From: Clostridia bacterium
GTDB lineage: Bacteria > Bacillota > Clostridia > Oscillospirales > CAG-272
DNA: 64,000 nucleotides
NCBI GenBank assembly: GCA_017503865.1
Contig: JAFVSI010000023.1
Coordinates: 7,369 to 71,368 of the forward strand
Direction: 5' to 3'
Part shown: positions 47,570-58,814 of the stretch, piece after piece
Layout: each line of letters starts with the position of its first letter
How positions within the stretch are numbered: the first letter of the stretch is position 1
The notes under the pieces: model-generated
What the model was told of the DNA's origin: nothing
Seen by the model: the letters and a program-made list of their open reading frames with translations, nothing else
The model's database searches: none
Translations under genes and position numbers: made by a program

Positions 47570-49648
47570 TTATTTGTTGTTTTCCTTCGAAAACTCTTCG
47601 ATTTTTTCCATAAGAAGAGCCTTTGCCTCGTCAAGCGTCTTTTTCTCAAGTGCGGCTCCCGCCATATCAAAGTGACCGCCGCCGCCCATCTTTTCGAGAA
47701 TGAGCTGAACGTTTACGCTTCCGTTTGAACGTGCCGAGATGTGAATAGTATCGCCTATTTTAACGAGTGCGAATGCTGCATTTACGTTTTTGATGGTGAG
47801 GAGCTTGTTAGCCGCCTTCGCTGCCGCAACTCTGTCGTGAGCAGAATCGGTGCCTTCACTTGCCGTGATAGCAAACTGCTCACCGAAAAGCTCAACGTCA
47901 GCACCGAAAAGTGCCTCTGAGCGGTAGGAATCGAACGCTTCCTCAAAGTAGGTACGTGCAACCTCAGTACTTGCTCCCGCGTTACGCAGATAAAGGGCTG
48001 CCGCAAAGGTTCTCGCACCGACAGTTCTTGTGAAATTGTTGGTGTCTACCATAATTCCCGACATAAGGATATTTGCTTCTTCCTTTTTGAGAAATCCTGC
48101 GGGTACGCTCTGCTCAATTATCTCGGTCACAAGCTCGGATGCCGAGGATGCCGACGGATCTATATAAGCGAAGAGGGGCTCGTGCTCAAACTCAGCCTTT
48201 TTGATGTGGTGGTCAAGCACTATAGTATTGAAGGACTGCTTTGCGATTTCGGGTGCTTCGAGGATATCAAAATTGTTTGTGTCAACAACTATGAGATGCG
48301 AGCCTGCCTCGTAATATCCGAGACCGACAACACCGTCAACGAAGACGTCCTTGTATTCCTCGAGCTTAAGAAGCTCCTTCGTGCAGCTCTTGAAATTCTC
48401 ATTATTCGTGTCGACAACGATTTTAGCGGGAAGCCCGAGATGTCTTGCAAGAGCGTAGATACCGACGCAAGCACCTATCGAGTCAAAGTCGGGATTGCTG
48501 TGTCCCATTATGACAAGACCTGCCGACGTGGAAATAGTCGAGCAAAGCTTGTTTGCGATAATTCTCGAATGTCCCTTCGTTCTCTTCTGCTGGCTCTTGG
48601 TTTTTCCACCGAAATAGAAGAAGCCGTTGTCCTTCTTTATAACTACCTGGTCGCCGCCTCGCTGAAGAGCCGTGTCGAGTGCAACGAGTGCGATGCGTTC
48701 ACGCTCAGCAAGTGTGTCGCCCGTAGTCGAAATTCCCATAGAGACGGTAATAGGCATATTTTCGTCGCCTATCTTTATCTCTCTTATCGAATCAAGTATC
48801 TCAAACTTTGTTCTCTCGCAGGCACGCAAAGCCTTACGGGAGAGGAACAGTACGTATTTGTCTCTGTCGTATTCGCGTAAAACTCCGCCAAAGGAAGCCG
48901 CCCAGTCCTTGAGGATAGTGTCGACCTGATTTGCCTCGGAGCGGTAGCTGACCTTGACGTACTGAGCTATCTCCTCGAGGTTGTCGAGTACGATGTAAGC
49001 GATAACGGGAGTTTCAGCGTAATGCTTATCTGCAAGCTCGCAAAGCTCGGTAATATCCTCGAAAACGAGCATATAGTAAATGTGTCCCTTGAATTTAATG
49101 GGGTGACTTGCCACCTTGAATCTCTTTTTGCCAAGCTTTATAGTGCCTATACGCTTAAGCTCGCCGTCGGCAAGCGGAACGGAATCGTCGTTTTCCTCAA
49201 TAGAGGTCTCCTTCGCTGCAAGTTCGAGAAGCTTGTCGAGAGGCTCACCGCATATGTCCGCAATATTAAGGTTAAGAAAAGAATCTCTGAGGGGGAGAGC
49301 AGAACGCATAGCGGTATTTACCGTGATGACCTTGCCCGTCTCGGAAACGATGGCGTAAGGGATATTTACGCTGTCTCTGAAAGCGGCGATAACACTTCCG
49401 CTTTGGCTGTCGGACGCCTCTGCCTCGGTTCTGTAAATGCTCATACGGCGGCTGCTCACAAAGAAGATTACTACCGAGATGGCAATGTAAAGCACGATAG
49501 AGACAAGACCGCTCCATGTGGCGGGTATCTCCTTATTGTAAGCACAAAAGATTACGTGTGCCGCAAGAAATATAACTCCAAGAAGAATATAAAGTCTTGA
49601 AGGAAGGTCGTCAAAGACGCCCCAGATATTTTTTTTGTTTTTTTGCAT
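47570..49648 (-). CDS. gdpP: GdpP-type DHH/DHHA1 phosphodiesterase (c-di-AMP phosphodiesterase family)
   Basis: Two N-terminal TM segments, a degenerate GGDEF-like middle region, DHH motifs (GHSNPDFDSIGA, VLDHH), DHHA1 GGGGH, and yybS-gdpP-rplI-dnaB synteny. Confidence 0.85.
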   Translation of the reverse strand: MQKNKKNIWGVFDDLPSRLYILLGVIFLAAHVIFCAYNKEIPATWSGLVSIVLYIAISVVIFFVSSRRMSIYRTEAEASDSQSGSVIAAFRDSVNIPYAIVSETGKVITVNTAMRSALPLRDSFLNLNIADICGEPLDKLLELAAKETSIEENDDSVPLADGELKRIGTIKLGKKRFKVASHPIKFKGHIYYMLVFEDITELCELADKHYAETPVIAYIVLDNLEEIAQYVKVSYRSEANQVDTILKDWAASFGGVLREYDRDKYVLFLSRKALRACERTKFEILDSIREIKIGDENMPITVSMGISTTGDTLAERERIALVALDTALQRGGDQVVIKKDNGFFYFGGKTKSQQKRTKGHSRIIANKLCSTISTSAGLVIMGHSNPDFDSIGACVGIYALARHLGLPAKIVVDTNNENFKSCTKELLKLEEYKDVFVDGVVGLGYYEAGSHLIVVDTNNFDILEAPEIAKQSFNTIVLDHHIKKAEFEHEPLFAYIDPSASSASELVTEIIEQSVPAGFLKKEEANILMSGIMVDTNNFTRTVGARTFAAALYLRNAGASTEVARTYFEEAFDSYRSEALFGADVELFGEQFAITASEGTDSAHDRVAAAKAANKLLTIKNVNAAFALVKIGDTIHISARSNGSVNVQLILEKMGGGGHFDMAGAALEKKTLDEAKALLMEKIEEFSKENNK

Positions 49649-49692
49649 ATTCTACCTCTTTATCCGCCGAGGCGGTTGTTGTATAGAGCTTT

Positions 49693-50880
49693 TTATTTTC
49701 TGCCCCTTGATTTGATTTCGGAAATAATAACTATCAAAGCTCCCGCAAAGGATGCAATAACGAGCATAACGTCAGTAAAGACGAAGAGCAATGCGAACAT
49801 TGCAAAATAGACGAGCGTGCCGAGGCACGAGCCCCTGCCGCTTCTAACGAGTCCACCGAAGAACCCAAAGCATACAAGGGTAAATCCGGGGAAGAGTATC
49901 GTATAAAGATTTTGTGCCGCTACCGCGTAAACGCCAATACCGTCCGACGAAAGAATAAGTGCGAGAAGGTATGAAACGATAAATATAACGGCTGAGGTAA
50001 CGCTCATCTTGAAGGTAACTGCATTCGTTATCTCACGCTTATCCTCGACAGTGACCGACAAGATAGAGATATAGAGCGAATGTGCCACAAAGGATATAAC
50101 AAAGAAAACTATTGCAAGTATGGCGGGGAGAAGATTAAAGGTAAACGTTATAGCAGATAACGCAATAGCCTTCGCATCGGCAGGTGTGATTGGAAGCTCA
50201 ACGTTTGTAAGTGCGTTCGTAAGTGCTGTGACGACCGCCTCGGTTATCTGCGTTTTAAGCGAGTCAAAAAACGTCCTCAACGTTTCGGCATAGAGATTGC
50301 CGTCTTTTACGTAAATAAACGCAAGGAGTGCGACGGAAAGCGTCAGTGCCATTGCGGACGATATAGAGACCACAGACGCAACTCTCTGCTTTTTTTGCCT
50401 GAACGATGAAAAAAGCATAAGTGCCGCAGGGATAAAGGCAAGAGAGAGCAAAAGCACCGCAATACTTCCGCTAAGGAAAAATAATGCCGCAAGCGACAAA
50501 ACGTTCGCCAAGAGAGCCGCAAACCACAAACGCTGCTCGAAAAGATATGCGTATATCGCGATAAGTATCAAAAATACGCAAAGAACTGACGAAAGCACAA
50601 CGTTTATTCCGAAAAACAAAATGAATGCCGCAATAAAGCAGAAGGGAATAATGGGCTTTGGCGAGACAGTTACTAAAATACATACGCCTATTCCCGCGAG
50701 CGGCATAGCCATCGATAAGGCAAGGCTTAGCGACGCCGGTATGATATTTGTGAAGAGTACTGTCGGTATATATGCCGACGCACAGGCTACGTAAAGGGTG
50801 AGTAAGATAGCGAGCAACAGCCTTAAGCGTCCGTTCTCGTTTCTTATACCCGGTTTTCTCGGTTCTATATATGAATTCAA
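49693..50880 (-). CDS. yybS: YybS/DUF2232 family membrane protein
   Basis: 395 aa and highly hydrophobic. Its position immediately upstream of gdpP matches the conserved Firmicutes operon. Confidence 0.7.
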   Translation of the reverse strand: MNSYIEPRKPGIRNENGRLRLLLAILLTLYVACASAYIPTVLFTNIIPASLSLALSMAMPLAGIGVCILVTVSPKPIIPFCFIAAFILFFGINVVLSSVLCVFLILIAIYAYLFEQRLWFAALLANVLSLAALFFLSGSIAVLLLSLAFIPAALMLFSSFRQKKQRVASVVSISSAMALTLSVALLAFIYVKDGNLYAETLRTFFDSLKTQITEAVVTALTNALTNVELPITPADAKAIALSAITFTFNLLPAILAIVFFVISFVAHSLYISILSVTVEDKREITNAVTFKMSVTSAVIFIVSYLLALILSSDGIGVYAVAAQNLYTILFPGFTLVCFGFFGGLVRSGRGSCLGTLVYFAMFALLFVFTDVMLVIASFAGALIVIISEIKSRGRK

Positions 50881-51054
50881 GTTAATACCTCTGAGTTTGA
50901 AATCTTTACAAAATACAATTATATACTATTACTTCATTTTAGTAGTATATCATAATTTTTGTGATTTGTAAACACCAAATGCAAAGTATATCAAAATAAT
51001 GAAAGAAAATTTACAAAAAATAGGCAAAAAACTTGAGAAAAATTCAAAAAGCTA

Positions 51055-51083
51055 TTGCAAAAGCTAAAAAAGTGTGATATACT
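51055..51083 (+). promoter_or_regulatory. promoter candidate for the rimP-nusA-infB operon
   Basis: TTGCAA (51055-60), 17 nt, TATACT (51078-83), with a TG at the extended -10 position. Confidence 0.55.
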
Positions 51084-51190
51084 ACTCACAGTAGATTATG
51101 AGAGTGGGTTTTTCGGAATCCACTCTCAACTGTTGATACGGCTACTTTGCCGTCATATTTTTTAGCAGATTGTCAAAACGGGGGGTAAAT

Positions 51191-51661
51191 ATGGCACAAA
51201 AACAAAAGGGCGTTTGCGAGGTAGTAAAAGAGCTTGCTACGCCGCTTACCGATGAATTCGGATTTATTCTTTGGGACGTAGAGCTCGTAAGAGAGGGTTC
51301 TAAGAAAATTCTTCGTATAACGATAGATTCCGAAGAGGGAATTTCGGTTGACGATTGCGAAAAGATGCACAGGGCGATAGATCCCGTGCTTGACGAGGCA
51401 GATCCTATTGAGGATGCGTACTATCTTGAGGTAAGCTCACCCGGAATAGAGCGAGAGCTACGCACCGATGCACATCTCGAATATTGCGAGGGAGCTGACG
51501 TTGAGGTAAGGCTTTACGCACCGAGAGACGGTAGCAAGAGCTTTCGAGGAGAGCTTCTGCCGCTTCGCGAGAACGGAAATATTGCAATTCTTGTGGGTGA
51601 CAGCGAGATGGAGTTCGAGAGAGCGGCTGTCGCAAAGATAAAAACTGTATTTGAATTTTAA
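51191..51661 (+). CDS. rimP: ribosome maturation factor RimP
   Basis: Start ATG 51191. LWDVELVREGSKKILRITID and YLEVSSPGIERELR. Confidence 0.92.
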   Translation: MAQKQKGVCEVVKELATPLTDEFGFILWDVELVREGSKKILRITIDSEEGISVDDCEKMHRAIDPVLDEADPIEDAYYLEVSSPGIERELRTDAHLEYCEGADVEVRLYAPRDGSKSFRGELLPLRENGNIAILVGDSEMEFERAAVAKIKTVFEF

Positions 51662-51702
51662 TTCTTGATAATATTGATAAATTTTAAAGGACGGAACATA
51701 AA

Positions 51703-52728
51703 ATGAATAAGGAATTTTTCGTAGCACTTGACCTTCTCGAGAAGGAGAAGAGAATCCCCAAGGAGTATATGATAGAGAAAATAGAGCTTGCTCTTCTTGC
51801 AGCTATCAAAAAGGAGTACGGAAGCAGTGCTCTTATGAGAGTTGTGATCGATCCCGTAAAGGAGGACGTAAAGGTATATACTCAGCGTGAGGTAGTCGAG
51901 GAGGTAACTAATCCTCAGTGCCAGATCTCTCTTGAAGAGGCAAAGGCTATAAGCAAGAGAAATACTATCGGAAAGATGGTTGAGACCGAGGTCAAGACCA
52001 AGAATCTCCGCCGTCTCAGTGCAGGTGCTGCAAAGTCGGTAATCATTCAGGCAATACGCGAGGGTGAGAGAAAGGCAATGCAGGACGAGTATGAGAGCAA
52101 GCGTGAGGAGATCATCACTGCAACCGTTAGCAGAGTGGACAGCACAACGGGCAACGTAGTGCTTGAGACGGGCACGAGCCACGCCGTACTTCTCAAGGGT
52201 GAGCAGATCCCCGGCGAGACCTTCGTACCCGGTCAGAAGATAAAGGTGTTCGTTATCGAGGTAAACAAGGAGTCTCGCGGACCTCTCGTAACACTTTCCC
52301 GTTCGCATCAGGGACTTGTTCGCAGAATGTTCGAGCTTGAGATCCCCGAAATTCAGGACGGAACCGTTCTTATCAAGGGCGTAGCACGTGAGGCAGGCTC
52401 AAGAACCAAGATATCGGTTATGTCAAGAGATGCTGACGTTGACGCGGTAGGAGCTTGTATCGGTAACGGCGGTATGCGTATATCCACCATTGTAAACGAG
52501 CTTCGCGGCGAGAAGATAGACATAGTAAACTACAGCGAGGATCCCGAGGAATACGTAGCGGCAGCTCTTTCACCCGCAGAGGTAATTTCGGTTGAAATGA
52601 CGGGCGAGCGTTCCTGCAAGGTAATCGTTGACGAGGATCAGCTCTCTCTCGCTATCGGTAAGGAAGGACAGAACGCACGTCTTGCAGCAAGACTTACCGG
52701 AATGAAGATAGATATCAAATCCGAATAA
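51703..52728 (+). CDS. nusA: transcription termination/antitermination factor NusA
   Basis: 341 aa with S1 and KH domains (AVGACIGNGGMRI, LAIGKEGQNARLAARLTG). Confidence 0.96.
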   Translation: MNKEFFVALDLLEKEKRIPKEYMIEKIELALLAAIKKEYGSSALMRVVIDPVKEDVKVYTQREVVEEVTNPQCQISLEEAKAISKRNTIGKMVETEVKTKNLRRLSAGAAKSVIIQAIREGERKAMQDEYESKREEIITATVSRVDSTTGNVVLETGTSHAVLLKGEQIPGETFVPGQKIKVFVIEVNKESRGPLVTLSRSHQGLVRRMFELEIPEIQDGTVLIKGVAREAGSRTKISVMSRDADVDAVGACIGNGGMRISTIVNELRGEKIDIVNYSEDPEEYVAAALSPAEVISVEMTGERSCKVIVDEDQLSLAIGKEGQNARLAARLTGMKIDIKSE

Positions 52729-52748
52729 TAGATAAAACAGAGGCTTAT

Positions 52749-53024
52749 ATGGAGCACAAGGTAAAAAAGATACCTATGAGGCAATGCCTCGGATGCAACG
52801 AGCACAAGCCGAAGAGCGAGCTTATGCGAGTTGTCCGCACCCCCGAGGGTGAGACGGTGCTTGATTTTACCGGCAAAAAGTCGGGAAGAGGAGCGTACGT
52901 CTGCCACTCTCTTTCGTGTCTTAGAAAGGCAAGAAAGTCAAAGAGACTTGAAAAGAATCTCGAGTGTGCGATATCCGACGAGGTATACGACAAAATGGAA
53001 AGCGAGATAGAAGGTAATGAGTAA
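52749..53024 (+). CDS. ylxR: YlxR/RnpM (DUF448) family RNA-binding protein
   Basis: MRQCLGCNEHKPKSELMRVV...GRGAYVC, located between nusA and ylxQ. Confidence 0.88.
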   Translation: MEHKVKKIPMRQCLGCNEHKPKSELMRVVRTPEGETVLDFTGKKSGRGAYVCHSLSCLRKARKSKRLEKNLECAISDEVYDKMESEIEGNE

Positions 53025-53361
53025 TAATGCTCAGCATAAGGCTCTGCTTTCGGCACTCGGCTTTTCCGCAAGAGCGGGAGCAATAATTTTCGGTGTTCCG
53101 CTCATATGCGAGGCACTTTCGTCAAAAAAGAAGGTAAAGGGAAAATACCCGCTTCTCGTGGTCGAGGCATCGGACTCGTCGGAAAACACGCATAAGAGGA
53201 TAAGTGACCGTTGCTCGTTTTACGGAGTAAAGCACGTAAGGATAGAGGCAACTATCGAGGAGCTTTCATCGGCTCTCGGTAAAAACGCACCGATAGCGGC
53301 GGTTGCACTTACCGACGAAAATCTATGCCGTCTGGCACAAAAGCAATTAAACGATCAATAA
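53017..53361 (+). CDS. ylxQ: L7Ae-family RNA-binding protein YlxQ
   Basis: 114 aa. Its position between ylxR and infB, overlapping the ylxR stop, matches the conserved operon. Confidence 0.7.
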   Translation: MSNNAQHKALLSALGFSARAGAIIFGVPLICEALSSKKKVKGKYPLLVVEASDSSENTHKRISDRCSFYGVKHVRIEATIEELSSALGKNAPIAAVALTDENLCRLAQKQLNDQ

Positions 53362-53467
53362 AGAAAAACAACAAATTACAATCGGGAACAAAACGTTGTA
53401 TAAACGCGGCACCCCAACCTAAGGAAAGGAAGTCCTTCGTTCGCAGTAGAAGGACACGGTATAAGGA

Positions 53468-56248
53468 ATGGCACAAACACAGTACAAGGTTAATCAATTT
53501 GCAAAGGATCTTAATATGAAGAGCAAGGATATCGTTGATATTCTTGAATCGAAGAATATTTCCGTAAAGTCGCAGTCAACTCTTGATGCGGCTCAGTTCA
53601 ACATACTCTTTGAGTCTCTTACAAAGGCAAATCAGATAGTTGGAATAGAGGATTATATCGACGGCATTACCCAGATTCCGTCTGTAAAGAAGGTGCCCGA
53701 AAAGAAGGAAGCAGAAAAGGTAGAAAATAAGGAGCAGAAGCCCGAGGTGTCCGCAGAGACTGCGGCAAAGGCGGAGAAGGTCGATACTGCGAAGAAGACC
53801 GAGGCTCCCGCAAAGAAGGAGACTGCCGAAAACGTTGCGAAGCCCGTTCCCGAAAAGAAGGCGGAGCCTCAGAAGACCGAGACTCCCGTAAAGAAGGATG
53901 AGCTTGTTCGCAAGCCTCAGCAGACAAACCAGAACAATTCAACTCAGCATCAGCAGAAGCCCCAGCGTGACTTCCAGGGCAACCGTCAGCCTCAGCAGCG
54001 TGACGGCAGAGACAATACACAGAGACCGCAGCAGAACGCACAGTTCCGTCCTAATCAGGGTACAGCTAACAATGCTGAAAGAGGTAAAAACGATAGATTT
54101 AACAATCCCTTTACACAGGAGAAGAAGCCACAGAGAGACAACGGCCCCCGCAAGCCCGATAACAGACAGCAGGGCGGCTTCAGAGATAAAGACGAGGGCG
54201 GCAGTTTCAAGGGTGGAAAGATCGAGAGCTTTAAGCCTCAGGCTGTAAGCCGTCCCGAGACGCAGAAGGGCGAAAAGGTTACCAAGAAGGGTGGCGTAAG
54301 AGTCGTTGATATGCGTGCGGGAAGCGTTGACCTTTCCAAGTACGACGAAAGAGACAGACTCGACAAGTTCGCAGCAGATATGGTAGGCGATCTTCGCGGC
54401 GGTAACCAGAGAGTTAAAAGGCAGGCTCCTCAGAACAACCGTCCTATGAAAAACAATAAGAAGGCGGCAAAGGGAGCTTCGGCACAGCCTGTAACAAAGG
54501 CACCTACAAGCGTAAGCATTCCCGACGAGATAATGGTAAGCGATCTCGCTTCCCGTCTCAAGGTTACAGCGGCAGAGGTAGTTAAGAGACTTATGCTCCT
54601 CGGTATGATGGTCACCGTAAACCAGACGGTAGACTTTGACACAGCGGCAATAGTTGCAGATGAAATGGGAATAGCGGCAACACGCGAGGTTGTCGTAACC
54701 ATAGAAGAAAAGCTCTTCGAGGAAGAAGAGGACAACGAGACAAATCTCGTTCACCGTGCCCCCGTCGTTTGCGTAATGGGACACGTTGACCACGGTAAGA
54801 CTTCTATCCTCGACGCGATAAGACACACAAGCGTAACTCGCGGTGAGGCGGGCGGAATTACTCAGCACATCGGTGCGTACAGAGTAAGAATAAACGATCA
54901 GGATATCACCTTCCTTGACACCCCCGGACACGAGGCGTTTACCGCAATGAGAGCAAGAGGCGCTCAGGCGACTGATATCGCAGTTCTCGTTGTAGCGGCA
55001 GATGACGGTATTATGCCCCAGACCATTGAGGCAATAAACCACGCAAAGGCTGCGGGAATTGAAATAATCGTTGCAATAAATAAGATGGATAAGCCCACCG
55101 CTAACCCTGATATGGTAAAGCAGGAGCTTACAAAGTACGACCTTGTTCCCGAGGACTGGGGCGGAGACGTTATCTGCGTTCCCGTGTCTGCTCTTACTAA
55201 ATTTGGTATAGAGGACCTTCTCGAGAATATCCTTCTCGTTGCAGAGGTCAAGGAGCTTAAGGCTAATCCTAAGAGACGTGCAAAGGGTATCGTTATCGAG
55301 GCTAAGCTCGATAAGGGACGCGGCCCTGTTGCGACAATTCTCGTTCAGTCAGGTACACTCCACAGCGGAGATATCGTTATAGCAGGTACGGCAGTAGGCC
55401 GTGTAAGAGCTATGACCGACCATAACGGTAAGAAGCTCAAAGAGGCAGGTCCCTCTGTTCCTGTTGAGATCATCGGTCTTGACGAGGTTCCGCTCGCAGG
55501 AGACGAGTTCAACGGAGTTGAGGACGAGAGAATGGCAAGAACCCTTGCCGACCAGAGACGTGCGAAGGCAAAAGAGGAAGAGTTCAAGGCAAATGCAAGA
55601 GCAAACCTCAACGACCTCTTCGCACAGATCTCCGAGGGTGTTAAGGAGCTTAACATCATCGTAAAGGCAGACGTTGGCGGCTCTGCGGAAGCAGTTAAGC
55701 AGTCGCTTGAAAAGTTATCTAACGAGGAAGTTCGCGTTCGCGTTATCCACGCGGCAGCGGGCGGTATTCGTGAGAACGACGTTATGCTCGCAGCAGCATC
55801 TAACGCAATTATCGTTGGATTTAACGTTCGTCCCGACAGAGCGGCTCTTGACAGTGCTGAAAGACAGAACGTTGAGATAAGAACTTACCGCGTAATTTAC
55901 GATTGTATCAACGAGATAACCGATGCTATGAAGGGAATGCTTGCACCCAAGTTCAAGGAAACTCTTCTCGGTCACGCAGAGGTTCGTCAGACTATCCACG
56001 TACCGAACGTCGGAACTATTGCAGGTTCTTACGTACAGGACGGTAAGATAACACGTTCCTCTATGATAAGAATTGTCCGTGACGGTATCGTAATTTTTGA
56101 GGATAAGATATCCTCGCTTAAGCGTTTCAAGGATGACGTCCGCGAGGTAGCACAAAGCTACGAGTGCGGTGTCGGTCTTGAAAGATTTAACGATATCAAG
56201 GTAGGCGACGTTCTCGAAGCATTTATAATGGAAGAAATCGAGAGATAA
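53468..56248 (+). CDS. infB: translation initiation factor IF-2
   Basis: 926 aa. Low-complexity K/E/Q/P-rich N-terminus. G-domain motifs [14 protein letters not shown] and NKMD. Confidence 0.97.
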   Translation: MAQTQYKVNQFAKDLNMKSKDIVDILESKNISVKSQSTLDAAQFNILFESLTKANQIVGIEDYIDGITQIPSVKKVPEKKEAEKVENKEQKPEVSAETAAKAEKVDTAKKTEAPAKKETAENVAKPVPEKKAEPQKTETPVKKDELVRKPQQTNQNNSTQHQQKPQRDFQGNRQPQQRDGRDNTQRPQQNAQFRPNQGTANNAERGKNDRFNNPFTQEKKPQRDNGPRKPDNRQQGGFRDKDEGGSFKGGKIESFKPQAVSRPETQKGEKVTKKGGVRVVDMRAGSVDLSKYDERDRLDKFAADMVGDLRGGNQRVKRQAPQNNRPMKNNKKAAKGASAQPVTKAPTSVSIPDEIMVSDLASRLKVTAAEVVKRLMLLGMMVTVNQTVDFDTAAIVADEMGIAATREVVVTIEEKLFEEEEDNETNLVHRAPVVCVMGHVDHGKTSILDAIRHTSVTRGEAGGITQHIGAYRVRINDQDITFLDTPGHEAFTAMRARGAQATDIAVLVVAADDGIMPQTIEAINHAKAAGIEIIVAINKMDKPTANPDMVKQELTKYDLVPEDWGGDVICVPVSALTKFGIEDLLENILLVAEVKELKANPKRRAKGIVIEAKLDKGRGPVATILVQSGTLHSGDIVIAGTAVGRVRAMTDHNGKKLKEAGPSVPVEIIGLDEVPLAGDEFNGVEDERMARTLADQRRAKAKEEEFKANARANLNDLFAQISEGVKELNIIVKADVGGSAEAVKQSLEKLSNEEVRVRVIHAAAGGIRENDVMLAAASNAIIVGFNVRPDRAALDSAERQNVEIRTYRVIYDCINEITDAMKGMLAPKFKETLLGHAEVRQTIHVPNVGTIAGSYVQDGKITRSSMIRIVRDGIVIFEDKISSLKRFKDDVREVAQSYECGVGLERFNDIKVGDVLEAFIMEEIER

Positions 56249-56253
56249 TATAA

Positions 56254-56286
56254 CAAAAAAAGGAGAGGCAAGCCTCTCCTTTTTTT
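56254..56286. terminator. bidirectional terminator between infB and the GNAT gene
   Basis: A7-AGGAGAGGC-aa-GCCTCTCCT-T6. Confidence 0.9.
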
Positions 56287-56323
56287 GTCCTTAAAGGTTT
56301 AAAAGGTATAAAGTGAAAGCGGG

Positions 56324-56878
56324 TTACCGTTTCATTTTTTTTACGAAATGGAACATTTCGTCCGGTCCTTCATCAAGATCGTTTTCCTTGTCATCGGGCA
56401 TATTGTGTTCAGTTTTATAATACTCGCACCAAAACTCATCAATTTGAAAACCGCATTTATTTACGTAAAAATGAATATTCCGCTTCTCGAAATACGGTGT
56501 GCAGGTTTCCCAGATTTCAGTTTCAGGATACAGAGCCTCAACCGCTTGCCACGCACCGTATCCAATGCCTTTGCTGTGTGCTTCTGGCGATACAAAGAGA
56601 ATATCCAAATGGTTGTGCTTTGTTTCCTTATCTATGGTAATTATCAATCCACCGACCTTTTTGCCGTCAAGCACTATACGGTAAGCTTCACTTTTTTCGT
56701 TATCAATTGATTTTTCAATAGTTGTACGGGATATTATTTCTCCATCGTCGTCAATGTGGTTGTCGCACTCACCAAATTCCATCATAGCACCGTACTTGAA
56801 TGCCCATTGATTATCAAGAATGAATTGTTCGCGGTCGTCCGCTGTAAGCGGTGCAAGAGTAACTTTTGTGTTTTTCAT
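56324..56878 (-). CDS. GNAT family N-acetyltransferase
   Basis: Start ATG 56878 after GGAGGTG. DILFVSPEAHSKGIGYGAWQAV (acetyl-CoA binding motif A). ~184 aa. Confidence 0.75.
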   Translation of the reverse strand: MKNTKVTLAPLTADDREQFILDNQWAFKYGAMMEFGECDNHIDDDGEIISRTTIEKSIDNEKSEAYRIVLDGKKVGGLIITIDKETKHNHLDILFVSPEAHSKGIGYGAWQAVEALYPETEIWETCTPYFEKRNIHFYVNKCGFQIDEFWCEYYKTEHNMPDDKENDLDEGPDEMFHFVKKMKR

Positions 56879-56995
56879 AAAACACCTCCAAAATAAAAAT
56901 AGAGTCTCAGCTATTGCTATCCAATAACCGAGGCTCACCCCGACACCTAATCCGGCATTACTGTACTACGGTACACAGCCTCCGGTGACAAAGAT

Positions 56996-57024
56996 ATTAT
57001 AATTCAATTTACAATATAAGTCAA
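56996..57024 (-). promoter_or_regulatory. promoter candidate for the GNAT gene (with ~110-nt leader)
   Basis: Minus strand TTGACT (57019-24 rc), 17 nt, TATAAT (56996-57001 rc). Confidence 0.6.
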
Positions 57025-57070
57025 GTGCTATTTTATTGTTATTTCTTTTTTAAAGAAAAACGTCAAACTA

Positions 57071-57099
57071 TTTACATTGGTAAATTTTTGTGATATACT
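57071..57099 (+). promoter_or_regulatory. promoter candidate for fhs
   Basis: TTTACA (57071-76), 17 nt, TATACT (57094-99), with an extended -10 TG. Confidence 0.5.
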
Positions 57100-57137
57100 A
57101 TTTTTGTATAGTGTTTTTTATGAAAGGAATTTTTCTT

Positions 57138-58811
57138 ATGAAAACGGATATTCAAATTGCAAACGAAGCTAAAATGCTTCCGATAACTGAAATTGCCAAG
57201 GAGCTTGACGTAAAAGATGACGAGCTTGAGCTTTACGGAAAGTACAAGGCAAAGATAAATGACGATTTCTTAAAGAGAATGAGCACAAAGCCGGACGGTA
57301 AGCTTATTCTCGTTACCGCCATCAACCCCACCCCCGCAGGAGAGGGAAAGACAACCACAACTGTTGGTCTCGGTATGGCTATGAAGAAGATAGGAAAAAA
57401 GGCGATTATCGCCCTTCGCGAGCCTTCTCTCGGTCCCGTTTTCGGTGTCAAGGGCGGTGCTGCCGGCGGCGGATACGCACAGGTAGTTCCTATGGAAGAT
57501 ATCAACCTTCACTTTACGGGTGACTTCCACGCAATAACTGCCGCAAACAACCTTCTTTGTGCTATTATAGACAACCATCTTCAGCAGGGAAATGAGCTGG
57601 GTATTGACCAGAGAAGAATACTCTTTACACGAGTAACCGACACAAACGACCGTGCTCTCCGTAACGTAACCGTTGGACTTGGCAGCCGTGTTGACGGTAT
57701 TCCTCGTCAGGACCATTTTATGATAACCGTTGCCAGCGAGATTATGGCTATCCTTTGCCTCGCTGAAAACCTTGCCGACCTCAAAGAGAGATTCGGTAAC
57801 ATTCTCGTTGCATACACCTATGACGGCAAGCCCGTTTATGCACGTGACCTTCAGGCTCACGGTGCTATGGCGGCACTTATGAAGGACGCTATAAAGCCTA
57901 ATCTCGTGCAGACTCTCGAGAATACCCCTGCCCTCATTCACGGCGGACCTTTTGCAAATATCGCACACGGCTGTAACTCGATAAGAGCTACAAAGCTTGC
58001 TCTAAAGCTTGCCGATTATACTATAACCGAGGCGGGCTTTGGTGCTGACCTCGGAGCTGAAAAATTCCTTGACATCAAGTGCCGTAAGGCAGGTCTTGCA
58101 CCCTCTGCTGTCGTGCTCGTTGCAACCGTAAGAGCACTCAAATATAACGGTGGCGTGGCAAAGGCTGACCTTGGTGCAGAGAACGTTGAGGCACTTAAGA
58201 AGGGTGCTGTCAACCTCGAGGCTCACATTGACAATCTCCACAAGTACGGTCTCCCCGTTGTTGTTGCCATCAATAGATTTGGCAGCGACAGCGATGCTGA
58301 AATTGCTTGTCTTAGAGCAATTTGCGAGGAAAAGGGAGTTGATTTCGCACTCTCCGAAGTGTTTGCAAAGGGCGGAGACGGCGGTATAGAGCTTGCCGAG
58401 AAGGTAGTTGCCGCTTGCGAGAAAAAGTCTGAGTTCAAGTTTATTTACAGCGACGATATGTCTATCAAGGAAAAGATTGAGGCTATCGCTAAGAATATAT
58501 ACGGTGCTAAGGACGTTAAGTACGATGCGGCTGCTGAAAAAGCACTTGCCGACATTCTCTCAATTGACGAGAAGTATGCAAAATTCCCCGTATGTATGGC
58601 AAAGACACAGTACTCTCTCTCCGATGACGCTACAAAGCTCGGCAGACCTGAAGGCTTCACTCTTAACGTAAGAGAGATAAAGCTTTCGGCAGGAGCTGAG
58701 TTTATCGTAGCTCTTACGGGTGCTATCATGACTATGCCCGGTCTCCCCAAGAAGCCTGCGGCATACTCGATAGATATTGACGCAGACGGAAATATCACGG
58801 GACTTTTCTAA
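57138..58811 (+). CDS. fhs: formate--tetrahydrofolate ligase
   Basis: Start ATG 57138. [16 protein letters not shown] and [14 protein letters not shown]. ~557 aa. Confidence 0.96.
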   Translation: MKTDIQIANEAKMLPITEIAKELDVKDDELELYGKYKAKINDDFLKRMSTKPDGKLILVTAINPTPAGEGKTTTTVGLGMAMKKIGKKAIIALREPSLGPVFGVKGGAAGGGYAQVVPMEDINLHFTGDFHAITAANNLLCAIIDNHLQQGNELGIDQRRILFTRVTDTNDRALRNVTVGLGSRVDGIPRQDHFMITVASEIMAILCLAENLADLKERFGNILVAYTYDGKPVYARDLQAHGAMAALMKDAIKPNLVQTLENTPALIHGGPFANIAHGCNSIRATKLALKLADYTITEAGFGADLGAEKFLDIKCRKAGLAPSAVVLVATVRALKYNGGVAKADLGAENVEALKKGAVNLEAHIDNLHKYGLPVVVAINRFGSDSDAEIACLRAICEEKGVDFALSEVFAKGGDGGIELAEKVVAACEKKSEFKFIYSDDMSIKEKIEAIAKNIYGAKDVKYDAAAEKALADILSIDEKYAKFPVCMAKTQYSLSDDATKLGRPEGFTLNVREIKLSAGAEFIVALTGAIMTMPGLPKKPAAYSIDIDADGNITGLF

Positions 58812-58814
58812 TAT

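Noticed and set aside
51097-51128. The hairpin GAGAGTGG-12 nt-CCACTCTC in the rimP-nusA leader, considered as an attenuator
   Set aside because: It has no trailing T-run and no alternative pairing that I could see. The evidence is too weak to call an autoregulatory terminator.
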